Source: an uncultured Bacteroidia bacterium (lineage in GTDB: Bacteria; Bacteroidota; Bacteroidia; Bacteroidales; CAJPTX01). From it: DNA of 44,099 nucleotides. The stretch covers positions 1 to 44,099 of the forward strand of contig CALHZE010000252.1 in NCBI GenBank assembly GCA_938040915.1. Direction: 5' to 3'. The notes beneath the pieces were generated by a model, which did not search any database, had not been told where the DNA came from, and saw only the letters and a list, made by a program, of their open reading frames with translations. Below, one piece after another: positions 8,097-17,230 of this stretch (position 1 is its first letter; each line of letters starts with the position of its first letter). The position numbers were made by a program, and so were the translations under genes.

Positions 8097-9887
8097 ATGG
8101 ATATCCGGAATGTGGCGATTATTGCACACGTAGACCATGGGAAGACGACCTTGGTCGATAAGCTTATTTCTTACACGAAAGCTCTCGGACGAGACACACA
8201 GTCCGGAAATTTGGATACTAATGAGCTTGAGCGAGAACGCGGGATTACGATCCTGAGTAAGAACGTCTCTATGCACTATGCAGGGTGTAAGATAAACATC
8301 ATCGACACGCCAGGGCACGCTGATTTCGGGGGAGAGGTCGAGCGTGTGCTCAATATGGCCGATGGGGTGCTCTTGGTTGTGGATGCTTTTGAGGGCACTA
8401 TGCCACAGACACGTTTTGTCTTGCAAAAGGCGTTAGAGCTCGGCTTGAAACCGATTGTGGTCATAAATAAGGTAGACAAACCCAATTGTCGCCCAGAACA
8501 AGTGCAAGAACAAGTCTTCGACTTAATGTTTAGTCTCGGGGCGACGGAGGAGCAGTTAAATTTCCCAACCCTGTATGGGAGTGCTAAGCAAGAGTGGATG
8601 TCTACTTCGGCTTCGGAGAAAACGGAAAATATTGAGCCACTGCTCAAAGCGATCGTGCAGTATATACCAGCGCCGGAGGTCGAGGAAGGGTCGTTGCAGT
8701 TGCTCATCACCTCTATCGAATATTCCAAGTATGTCGGGCGTATTGCTGTGGGGAAGCTCCGTCGCGGGGTTTTGAAAAAAGATATGCCCATTATGCTCTC
8801 CATGCGCGACGGCTCGTTGCGGAGGATGCAGCTGAAAGATCTTTATGTCTTTGAGGGGTTGACTAAGACCCCTGTCGAAGAGGTGCAGCCTGGAGATATT
8901 TGTGCGCTTGTCGGACTGGAAGGCTTCGAAATTGGGGGCACCGTTTGTGATGTCAATAACCCAGAACCGCTGCCGGTGTTGAAGGTCGATGAGCCCACGA
9001 TGAGTATGCTCTTTACTATCAACAATTCGCCGTTCTTTGGCAAAGATGGGAAGTTTGTCACATCGCGTCACTTACGCGAACGTCTCGAGCGAGAGTTAGA
9101 GTGGAATCTTGCGCTGCGGGTAGAACCGGGACCGAGTGCCGATTCGTTTATCGTTTATGGGCGAGGGATACTTCATCTTTCTATCCTTATCGAAACGATG
9201 CGGCGCGAGGGCTATGAGCTTCAGGTCGGGCAACCTCAGGTGGTGATTAAGGAAATTGACGGGAAGAAGTGCGAACCGATTGAGGTGATGAGGGTGGATC
9301 TCCCTACCGAGATGTCTGGCAAAGCGATAGAGCTCGCCACACAGCGCAAGGGTACGTTGATCTCGATGCAAGAGGTTGAAGATCGTACACACATCGAGTT
9401 TGAGATCCCGTCGCGTGGTCTTATCGGGCTTCGGAGTCAGCTCCTTACCGCCACAAACGGAGAGGCTATTATGACGCACCTTTTGAAAGGCTTTGAGCCG
9501 TATCGCGGCGAAATAGAGGCGCGAACGAATGGGTCGCTGATTGCGTTAGAATCGGGAAAGGCGATCCCGTATGCCGTTGGGAAGTTGCAAGACCGTGGTG
9601 TCTTTTTTATCGATCCGCCGGAAGATGTCTATGCCGGAGAAATTGTCGGCGAAAATACTCGCGGTAATGATATTACGGTGAATGTGTGTAAGGAGAAGAA
9701 ACTCTCGAATATGCGAGCCTCAGGGAGTGACGAAAAAATAATCTTAGCCCCTCCCGTGAAATTCTCTCTTGAAGAAGCTTTAGAGTACATCAGAGAAGAT
9801 GAGTATGTGGAGATTACGCCTAACGCAATGCGACTTCGGAAGATCGAGCTTGACGAAACCGCGCGCAAACGTCAACAACGAAGCTAG
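8097..9887 (+). CDS. typA: Translational GTPase TypA/BipA
   Basis: 596 aa. [23 protein letters not shown] (G1), [14 protein letters not shown] (G3), NKVD (G4); the length and C-terminal domain are typical of BipA. Confidence 0.95.
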   Translation: MDIRNVAIIAHVDHGKTTLVDKLISYTKALGRDTQSGNLDTNELERERGITILSKNVSMHYAGCKINIIDTPGHADFGGEVERVLNMADGVLLVVDAFEGTMPQTRFVLQKALELGLKPIVVINKVDKPNCRPEQVQEQVFDLMFSLGATEEQLNFPTLYGSAKQEWMSTSASEKTENIEPLLKAIVQYIPAPEVEEGSLQLLITSIEYSKYVGRIAVGKLRRGVLKKDMPIMLSMRDGSLRRMQLKDLYVFEGLTKTPVEEVQPGDICALVGLEGFEIGGTVCDVNNPEPLPVLKVDEPTMSMLFTINNSPFFGKDGKFVTSRHLRERLERELEWNLALRVEPGPSADSFIVYGRGILHLSILIETMRREGYELQVGQPQVVIKEIDGKKCEPIEVMRVDLPTEMSGKAIELATQRKGTLISMQEVEDRTHIEFEIPSRGLIGLRSQLLTATNGEAIMTHLLKGFEPYRGEIEARTNGSLIALESGKAIPYAVGKLQDRGVFFIDPPEDVYAGEIVGENTRGNDITVNVCKEKKLSNMRASGSDEKIILAPPVKFSLEEALEYIREDEYVEITPNAMRLRKIELDETARKRQQRS

Positions 9888-9919
9888 AATCACGCCACAA
9901 CCGAATACTGACAGAGATT

Positions 9920-12529
9920 ATGCTATCTACTCGCTATGAGCCTACAGAAATAGAGCGTAAGTGGTACGCTTGGTGGTTAGAGAAGAATTTATTCCACTCC
10001 GAACCAGATGACCGAAAACCCTACACCGTGGTGATCCCGCCGCCTAATGTGACGGGGATTCTTCACATGGGGCACATGCTGAATAACACCATCCAAGATG
10101 TACTGGTGCGTCGGGCTCGTATGCGAGGCCTTAATGCGTGTTGGGTACCAGGGACAGATCACGCCTCAATTGCAACAGAAGCGAAAGTGGTCGAGAAGCT
10201 CCGTAAGGAGGGGATTGATAAGCATTCTCTATCTCGCGAAGATTTCCTAAAACATGCTTGGGAGTGGACGCATAAGCACGGAGGTATCATCCTTGAGCAA
10301 TTGAAACGATTGGGAGCATCGTGTGATTGGCAACGGACCGCCTTCACGATGGACGAGGTGAGGAGTGAGAGTGTGATTCATGTCTTTGTCGATCTTTACC
10401 GTAAGGGGTTGATTTATCAAGGCGTCCGTATGGTAAACTGGGATCCGCAAGCTCAGACGGCGCTCAGTGACGAAGAGGTGCTCCATGTGGAAGAGCAGTC
10501 TAAGCTCTATTATCTGCGTTACCAGATCGTCGGTAGCCAACGCGCGCTTATTGTGGCAACGACGCGTCCAGAAACGATAATGGGCGATGTGGCGGTATGT
10601 GTGAATCCGAATGACGAACGTTATAAGGAACTTTTATCTTGCCGCGTAATTGTCCCGTTGGTGAATCGCGAAGTCCCGATCGTTGCCGATGAGCATGTAG
10701 ACCCAGCCTTTGGTACAGGGATTCTCAAGATTACGCCGGCGCACGCCATTGACGACTACGAGATCGGCTTGAAGTATAATCTCGAGGTTATTGATACCTT
10801 CACCGAACAGGGGACAATCCGAGAAGGGGTTGGGCTCTATGAGGGTATGGATCGTTTCGATGTCCGCAAGCAAATCGTAAAGGATCTTGCTGCGGCAGGG
10901 CTATTAGAAAAAGAAGAAGATTATACCCATACCATTGGGATTAGTGAGCGAACGAAGGCGGTCATAGAGCCAAAGTTGTCTACTCAGTGGTTTTTGAAAG
11001 TTGAGTCACTTGCCAAGCGAGCTCTCCAAGCCGTGGAAAATGGGGAAATTGAGCTTATGCCATCTCGCTTTGTCGGCGTTTATCGGCATTGGTTAGAGAA
11101 TTCGCGTGATTGGTGTATTTCGCGTCAGCTTTGGTGGGGGCATCGCATCCCAGCGTGGTATTTGCCGGATGGCAGAGTCGTTATTGCGCATAATGCTGAG
11201 GAAGCGCTTGTTGAGGCGCAAAAGCTGCAATCCACGATTCGTCCGGAAGACTTGAAGCAGGACTAGGATGTCTTAGACACGTGGTATAGTTCGTGGTTAT
11301 GGCCGATGTCGGTGTTTGATGGTATCCTGCATCCCGACAACCCAGACTTCCGGTACTATTACCCCACGACCGATCTTGTGACAGCCCCAGACATCATCTT
11401 CTTTTGGGTGGCGCGAATGGTTATGGCTGGGTATGAGTATGTAGGGAAGCGCCCATTCGAACGGGTCTATTTCACAGGAACCGTGAGAGATATGCTACAT
11501 CGGAAAATGAGCAAATCTCTTGGGAATAGTCCTGATGCGCTGGAACTCATTGATAAGTTCGGCGCGGATGGGGTTCGTTGCGGTATGCTTTTTTGCTCTG
11601 CGGCGGGAAATGACTTGATGTTTGAGGAAAAACTCACTGAGCAGGGACGTAACTTTAGTAACAAGATTTGGAATGCCTTTCGTCTCGTCCAAGGGTGGAA
11701 GGAAGATTTGGTCGATGCCCCTAATCCGGAACGAGGGCATGCGATAGCGATGTTTGAGGCGCGTATGAACGAAGTGCTCTTGCTCGTCGAAGAGGATATG
11801 AAAGATTATCGCCTCTCTGAGGCGTTACTTGAACTCTATCGCCTCTTCTGGGATGACTTCTCTTCGTGGCTTCTCGAGTTGGTAAAACCTCGGGGGGCGC
11901 AAAAGATGGATAGAGACTCGCTCAATGCGATAGAGCAGATATTTGATCGTCTCTTGCAGCACCTACATCCTTTTATGCCATTCATTACAGAGGAGCTTTG
12001 GCACAATTTGGGCGATGTGACGGCACGAGCTGAGCGGAGCATTATGCAGGAACTCCTCTCTGAACCAATTGCACCCGATTCTTCTTTGCTGGAAGAATTC
12101 CAACTTTTGAAGGATCTGGTCAGTGGTGTGAGGGCGTTGCGACAATCGAAGGGACTCTCTTTGAAAGAGCGCCTCCCGTTGTATTATCGTGGTCGTTTTG
12201 CTATGACATCTTCTGGAGTGCAGCTTTTAGAGATGCTCGCTTCGGTTGACGTGAAGGGAGATGTGACGGAAATACCTGCCAAGTCTGCCTCCTTTATGGT
12301 CGGGCTCTTGGAATGTTTTATTCCGCTTGGTGACAAGCTAGATAACGAGACAGAGAGAGAGAAGACGGAAAAAGAGATCGCGTATTACGAGGGGTTGCGT
12401 GCCTTGATTCTTAAGAAGTTAGAGAACCCGAAATTTGTGAATAAAGCGCCTGCTGCGGTGATCGAGGCCGAAAGGAAAAAGTTGGCAGATACGGAGTCTA
12501 AGCTCATGGCTCTTCGTGAACAGATTTAA
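9920..12529 (+). pseudogene. valS: Valine--tRNA ligase (ValS) reading frame interrupted by one in-frame TAG (11264-11266); otherwise intact
   Basis: The ORFs 9920-11266 and 11306-12529 are in the same frame. The HIGH motif ([13 protein letters not shown]) is in the first part and KMSKS (RKMSKSLGN) is in the second. Sequence across the stop reads LKQD*DVLDTWYSSWLWP, and the equivalent E. coli segment is RDEDVLDTWFSS. The stop therefore replaces a conserved Glu (GAG to TAG). Confidence 0.9.
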
Positions 12530-12546
12530 GAAAGCCGCTTCGTATA

Positions 12547-13278
12547 ATGTTTCACCGCATAGTCCTCTCTTCTGTCGACTCTACGAATAAGTATGTCGAA
12601 GAGCATATCGAGGAGCTACACCCACCGACGCTCGTCTTTGCCGCACAACAAAAGCGCGGAAAGGGACAGGGGACGAATCGTTGGGATTCGCAGTTAGGCG
12701 ATGTCACATTTACGCTTTTTTCGGGCTTGGGGGCAATCCAAGTAACATCCTTCTTCTTGATATCGCAAATGGTCTCTTTGGAGATTGTGGAACTATTGGA
12801 TGAGTTCGGTATTGCGGCACGGATTAAATGGCCTAATGACATCTTGGTCGGCTTGGAAAAAATCTGTGGGATTCTTATTCGTACGCAGGTAGAGGGATCT
12901 CTTTTTAAGAGTGCAACAATCGGGATTGGCTTGAATCTCGAAAAGCGCTTTCAGAGCCCGAAACATTATAACCCGCCCGCGACGGCTGTTAAGAACTTCG
13001 TGCCTGAGTTCTCGCTGTCGCCTATGCAGGTCAGTGATCGTCTCGCGGAGCGCATCCTGTCGGCAATTGAAGGGTATACCGCAGATAAATCTCAGTCTAT
13101 CAGGGCTGCCTATTGGGAAAAAATGTTTCGGAATCAAGGGATGCATCCTTTTCTTGTGCGGGGAACGCGCATTTATGCACGCATCACCTCGGTCTGTGAC
13201 AACGGAGAATTGCATCTCCAAGATGCGCAAGGGAAGGCATATCATTGTTCTTTCAAAGATGTCGGCTTCCTCTTTTGA
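12547..13278 (+). CDS. birA: Biotin--[acetyl-CoA-carboxylase] ligase (BirA-type, no N-terminal HTH)
   Basis: 243 aa. QQKRGKGQGTNRWDS matches the GRGRxGRxW biotin-loop motif, followed by KWPNDI. Confidence 0.8.
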   Translation: MFHRIVLSSVDSTNKYVEEHIEELHPPTLVFAAQQKRGKGQGTNRWDSQLGDVTFTLFSGLGAIQVTSFFLISQMVSLEIVELLDEFGIAARIKWPNDILVGLEKICGILIRTQVEGSLFKSATIGIGLNLEKRFQSPKHYNPPATAVKNFVPEFSLSPMQVSDRLAERILSAIEGYTADKSQSIRAAYWEKMFRNQGMHPFLVRGTRIYARITSVCDNGELHLQDAQGKAYHCSFKDVGFLF

Positions 13279-13317
13279 GAAGTGGTGTTGAAAAGAGTCA
13301 GGAGTTGTGTGGGCATA

Positions 13318-13349
13318 TTTGTTTATTCCAATATAATACTATACCTTTG
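13318..13349 (+). promoter_or_regulatory. Candidate Bacteroidota promoter (-33 TTTG, 20-nt spacer, -7 TAccTTTG) upstream of tRNA-Cys
   Basis: TTTG at 13318-13321 and TACCTTTG at 13342-13349. This fits the TTTG-N19-21-TAnnTTTG architecture. Confidence 0.45.
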
Positions 13350-13410
13350 TATGCGTTCTGAGAGCGTTGTCTTGTTTCCTTTCTTGTAGCTCTTAGCGTT
13401 TGTTGTTGCT

Positions 13411-13481
13411 GGTATCATGGCCGAGTGGTTAGGCAGAGGTCTGCAAAACCTCGTACAGCGGTTCGAATCCGCTTGATACCT
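13411..13481 (+). tRNA. tRNA-Cys (anticodon GCA)
   Basis: It folds by hand into a cloverleaf. Acceptor stem GGTATCA/TGATACC; anticodon stem GAGGT/ACCTC with loop CTGCAAA; T arm AGCGG-TTCGAAT-CCGCT; 71 nt; no encoded CCA. Confidence 0.9.
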
Positions 13482-13516
13482 CTTGCATGAAAGCATGCGG
13501 TTTTCTTCTGACGGGA

Positions 13517-13541
13517 GGGCGGGGGTTACCTGCCCTTTTTT
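13517..13541 (+). terminator. Rho-independent terminator after tRNA-Cys
   Basis: 7-bp stem GGGCGGG / CCTGCCC (one G:U pair), 5-nt loop, then TTTTTT. Confidence 0.55.
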
Positions 13542-13670
13542 ATTAGAAGCCTGTCTATTTTTGAATGGAGCTGTGAGACTAAAAGGGGAGGCTCTTGCTT
13601 CATCTTTTTTATCTACCCGACGCCTTGCGTGTGTGCCATTCGTAGCCTTACACCTTTTTAGAATACCAAG

Positions 13671-14978
13671 ATGGATATCGTTATCGTCGGAGTCGGATAT
13701 GTAGGGCTCGTTACCGGAACGTGTTTTGCTGAATTAGGGAACACGGTTTACTGTGTAGATAAAGATTCAGAGAAAGTCGAACTCCTTTTGCGAGGGGGAA
13801 TTCCTATTTATGAGCCTCACTTAGCACAACTTGTGGCGCGAAATATGGAGGCGCATCGTCTTTATTTCTCTTCGAGTCTCTCAGAGGTGCTCTTGCATGC
13901 GGATGTGCTTTTTATTGCCGTAGGGACGCCAATGTCGCCCGATGGAAGTGCAGATTTGACCGCAGTCTTTGATGTCGCAGCAGAGATTGGCGAACATCTT
14001 AGCAAGTATCTTTTGATTGTGAATAAAAGTACCGTCCCTGTGGGGACGGCTGACAAGGTAAGGCAACTTGTTGCCGCAAAACTGGCTCAGCGGGGGGCTT
14101 TAGGAGTCACGTTTGACGTTGCCTCTAACCCAGAGTTCTTAAAAGAGGGGGCGGCGATAGATGACTTCATGAAGCCCGATCGTGTCGTCGTCGGTGTCGA
14201 ATCAGTAAAGGCGCGCGATATTATGACTCGGCTTTATAAGCCTATGTTGTTGAACAATTTCCGTGTCCTTTTTATGGACGTCCGTTCGGCAGAGATGACA
14301 AAGTATGCAGCTAACGCTATGCTCGCCACTCGTATTAGTTTTATGAACGAGTTGGCAAATCTTTGTGAACGCGTCGGAGCGGATATCTCTTTTGTCCGAA
14401 ATGGTATAGGCTCAGATTCGCGGATAGGGAATCGATTCCTTTATGCAGGGTGTGGCTACGGAGGCTCGTGTCTACCCAAAGATGTGCGGGCGCTTGAGAG
14501 TACCGCAAAGGAGAATGGACTTCGTTTTCGTCTTTTAGAGGCAGTGCAACAGGTTAACGACCATCAAAAGACCAGACTCTTCGCTAAATTTGAAGACTAT
14601 TTTGCGGGTAACATCTCGGGACGTCGTGTCGCTGTTTGGGGGTTGGCTTTTAAGCCGGGGACAGATGATATGAGAGAAGCCCCCTCGCTTACGCTGATTC
14701 AGCAACTCGTAACGGCTGGATGTCAGGTGCAGGTGTATGACCCAGTCGCGATGCCCGTGGCGCGTAAAATTTTAGGTGATTCGGTGGTTTATGGGCATGA
14801 TATCTATGATACGGCGACGGGCGTTAGTGCTATTTTTCACGTTACGGAGTGGAAGGAATACCGGATGCCAGATTGGCAACGTCTAGCCTCATCGGTCACA
14901 GTACCGTTGCTGATCGATGGACGAAATGTGTTTGAGGCTGGTGATGTCGCGCCATTCCACTATTTGCATATCGGTTAA
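13671..14978 (+). CDS. ugd: UDP-glucose 6-dehydrogenase
   Basis: 435 aa. The N-terminal Rossmann motif is MDIVIVGVGYVGLVTGTCFAELG. GGSCLPKD carries the catalytic Cys. The length is typical of the UDP-glucose/GDP-mannose dehydrogenase family. Confidence 0.9.
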   Translation: MDIVIVGVGYVGLVTGTCFAELGNTVYCVDKDSEKVELLLRGGIPIYEPHLAQLVARNMEAHRLYFSSSLSEVLLHADVLFIAVGTPMSPDGSADLTAVFDVAAEIGEHLSKYLLIVNKSTVPVGTADKVRQLVAAKLAQRGALGVTFDVASNPEFLKEGAAIDDFMKPDRVVVGVESVKARDIMTRLYKPMLLNNFRVLFMDVRSAEMTKYAANAMLATRISFMNELANLCERVGADISFVRNGIGSDSRIGNRFLYAGCGYGGSCLPKDVRALESTAKENGLRFRLLEAVQQVNDHQKTRLFAKFEDYFAGNISGRRVAVWGLAFKPGTDDMREAPSLTLIQQLVTAGCQVQVYDPVAMPVARKILGDSVVYGHDIYDTATGVSAIFHVTEWKEYRMPDWQRLASSVTVPLLIDGRNVFEAGDVAPFHYLHIG

Positions 14979-15134
14979 CGCCACTTATGGTCGCATTTAA
15001 CCATACACGTTTCTCTCTCTAGGGCATGCGCATGTTTTTGTCGAATAACATGCACCGCGAAGGATGACTCATTGATTCGACTCCTAGTTAAGGAGAACAA
15101 ACGTTCTTTAGAACGCACTCTTTTTCTAGACTGT

Positions 15135-15142
15135 TAATTTTG
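15135..15142 (+). promoter_or_regulatory. Candidate -7 box (TAatTTTG) upstream of the MCP gene
   Basis: TAnnTTTG match about 130 nt before ATG 15271. No clear -33 element. Confidence 0.25.
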
Positions 15143-15270
15143 CCGCCCCCTGTTGGGTGCGTCCGGAGCGTTTTATATCTTTGCTTTACAAAGTCGGTAC
15201 GTCTCTTGTTTATGCAATAGATACACAACACTTTAGTCGTTTGTGTGTGACAGTAAAAAGAAAATGTGTC

Positions 15271-17169
15271 ATGTTGCTGAAGAATGTCTCTCTTGCGACT
15301 AAGGTCGTCGGTCTAACAACCCTAGCCGCTACGTTTGTGGCGGGGTTACTCTTGGTTATTCTCTATGTGACCTCTATGGACGCTGGTAATAAGGCAGCAA
15401 AGGCTCGCATAGAGTATTTGGGACAGGATGTCTCTTTTGAACTGGGGCTTAAAGTAAGTCGAGGAGTGAATCTTGCGTATGTCATTTCGCGTATGCTCTC
15501 GACAGAGCAGCAGAAGGGGCATCAGCGCGAGGATCTGATTAACTATTGCGAGAGTGCGTTACACTTCTATCCAGATATTTTGGGGGTCGTGCTTGCTTTT
15601 GAACCTGATGGCTTTGATGGGGAGGATGCGGCGCATATCGGTGAAAGAGGCTCTAATTTTCAGGGACGTTTTGTCCCCCTTATCTCTCGCTCGGCAGATG
15701 GTAAATCTATCCATGTAGATACGGCTCAAAATTACCGGTTAGACACTCCAGACTCGTGGTATTTCAATCCGAAGCGGGATCAACGGACCTATGTTACTGA
15801 GCCTTATAGCGCCGTGATTGACGGGCGAATGCGTACCATGTTTACTGCGAGTGTCCCAGTGATTTACCAAGGGAATTTCCGTGGTGTGGTGGAAGTCGAT
15901 ATTGAGTTAGACAAAGTAACGCAGTGGATTTCGAATCTTGAACTCTTGGGAGGAAAGGTGCGCACTACGATTTTTACTCCTCAACGGAAGTTACTCACGT
16001 CTTCTAAACCAATAAATGAGGAGATCGAGCTCCCAGAGGTAGAGTCTACGCCCGATCTTTCGGAGGAGGAAGAGGTGGAGATACGAGAAAGTAAAGCGGT
16101 TTATCATGAGAAGAATGGCGTGATGACGCTTTATACGCCGCTCTATTTCGGATCGAGTCGTTACCCCGTAATCTTGTCAGTGTCGGTACTTCGGAAAGAG
16201 ATTCTTAAGTCTCTATATAATGCCGTGGCGTTTTCAATACTCATCACACTAGTATTGGCGATATTCTTTACAACATTTTTCGCCGTACTCGTCTCGCGCC
16301 TGATTCGACCGTTAACGGTTATTACAAGGGAAATTATGCGTATCTCGCAAGGCGATCTTACGGTAGAGTCGATTCGTGTCGGTTCGCGTATGGATGAGGT
16401 TGGGCGTATCGCGCTTTACTTTAACGATATGGCGGCGAAGTTGCGCTCTATGATAGCCGAAATCCAATCTTCGACAGAACGGATGACAAGTACGAGCACA
16501 CAGATACAGAGCTCTTCGGAGGCTGTCGCAAATTCTGCGGCGAATGAGGCCGCATCGACTCAGGAAATACAAGCGCAGTGCTCTAGTATTTTGGATATCT
16601 ATAATTCGGATCGTAACGAATTAAACGAGGCGTATTCGCTTGTAGATCAAATTACAGCGAGTATCGTGGGCTTGACAAATGGCGTCAATGAGACGCACGA
16701 TCGTCTCAACGACATTGTTAAGTATGAGAAAAAACTTATCGGCATTGCACAACAGACGAATATCTTAGCGTTGAATGCAGCTGTCGAAGCAGCTCGAGCT
16801 GGCGAGCATGGTCGCGGTTTTGCCGTAGTCGCAGGTGAGGTGCGGACCTTGGCGGAACAAAGTGCAGAAATAGTGAAGAATGTTACGGATTTAGGACAGA
16901 GTTCGATGCAGGCTTCGCAGGAGACGATCGCATCGATGGGAGAGCTTCAGCGGATGATGGGGGGGATTCTCGTGAGTGTTACTGCCTTGAATGATAACGG
17001 AGAGCGCATCCTTGATTTCTTGCAGCAGATTACGACGGCGGTTACTTCGTTAAGTGATACCGCTCAAGAAAATGCTGCTGTCGCCGAAGAGTTGGCGGCG
17101 GGAGGACAGACGCTAACCGATCATGCGGAGTTACTCCTCGCAGAGGTGGAAAAGTTTAAGGTGCAGTAG
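15271..17169 (+). CDS. Methyl-accepting chemotaxis protein (two TM helices, periplasmic Cache-like sensor, HAMP, MCP signalling domain)
   Basis: I start it at ATG 15271 (MLLKNVSLATKVVGLTTLAATFVAGLLLVILY = TM1). A Cache-like block (YFNPKRDQRTYVTEPY...VVEVDIELD) is followed by TM2 and HAMP (RLIRPLTVITREIMRISQGDLT). The highly conserved MCP hairpin QQTNILALNAAVEAARAGEHGRGFAVVAGEVRTLAEQS is present. Confidence 0.88.
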   Translation: MLLKNVSLATKVVGLTTLAATFVAGLLLVILYVTSMDAGNKAAKARIEYLGQDVSFELGLKVSRGVNLAYVISRMLSTEQQKGHQREDLINYCESALHFYPDILGVVLAFEPDGFDGEDAAHIGERGSNFQGRFVPLISRSADGKSIHVDTAQNYRLDTPDSWYFNPKRDQRTYVTEPYSAVIDGRMRTMFTASVPVIYQGNFRGVVEVDIELDKVTQWISNLELLGGKVRTTIFTPQRKLLTSSKPINEEIELPEVESTPDLSEEEEVEIRESKAVYHEKNGVMTLYTPLYFGSSRYPVILSVSVLRKEILKSLYNAVAFSILITLVLAIFFTTFFAVLVSRLIRPLTVITREIMRISQGDLTVESIRVGSRMDEVGRIALYFNDMAAKLRSMIAEIQSSTERMTSTSTQIQSSSEAVANSAANEAASTQEIQAQCSSILDIYNSDRNELNEAYSLVDQITASIVGLTNGVNETHDRLNDIVKYEKKLIGIAQQTNILALNAAVEAARAGEHGRGFAVVAGEVRTLAEQSAEIVKNVTDLGQSSMQASQETIASMGELQRMMGGILVSVTALNDNGERILDFLQQITTAVTSLSDTAQENAAVAEELAAGGQTLTDHAELLLAEVEKFKVQ

Positions 17170-17191
17170 GCGCTTGGTCTTTTGGCTTTTC

Positions 17192-17229
17192 AGAGCGCTC
17201 CCCTTAATGTTTTGGGGAGCGCTCTTTTT
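17192..17229 (+). terminator. Rho-independent terminator between the convergent MCP and GT90 genes
   Basis: Perfect 12-bp stem AGAGCGCTCCCC / GGGGAGCGCTCT, 10-nt loop, then TTTT. It lies between the MCP stop (17169) and the reverse-strand stop (17231). Confidence 0.75.
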
Positions 17230-17230
17230 C

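Noticed and set aside
8276-9071. Antisense ORFs within typA (8276-8803, 8556-9071, 7989-8426).
   Set aside because: They overlap the unambiguous TypA/BipA CDS on the opposite strand. I saw no motifs and no independent start context.
11264-11266. The idea that the valS TAG reflects a reassigned genetic code, with TAG as a sense codon.
   Set aside because: TAG terminates 25 of the 49 genes I checked in this window, at positions matching the expected protein C-termini. No other conserved gene here contains an internal TAG.
13483-13704. 73-aa + strand ORF between tRNA-Cys and ugd.
   Set aside because: It begins 2 nt after the tRNA discriminator base. It runs through the tRNA terminator hairpin (13517-13541) and into the ugd start. 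It shows no coding-like features.
15157-15270. Upstream-extended starts in the ORF track: MCP at 15157, rplD at 22340, rpsQ at 26303, rpsN at 27858, rpmD at 30064, map at 32108, rpoA at 34713, A1 at 3136.
   Set aside because: The extensions start at GTG or TTG, or at ATGs that overlap the preceding gene. They add residues that are absent from the conserved N-termini of these families. Internal ATGs give canonical N-termini (e.g. [11 protein letters not shown] for S14, MSKIRITQVRS for L30, MAILDFQRP for RpoA).
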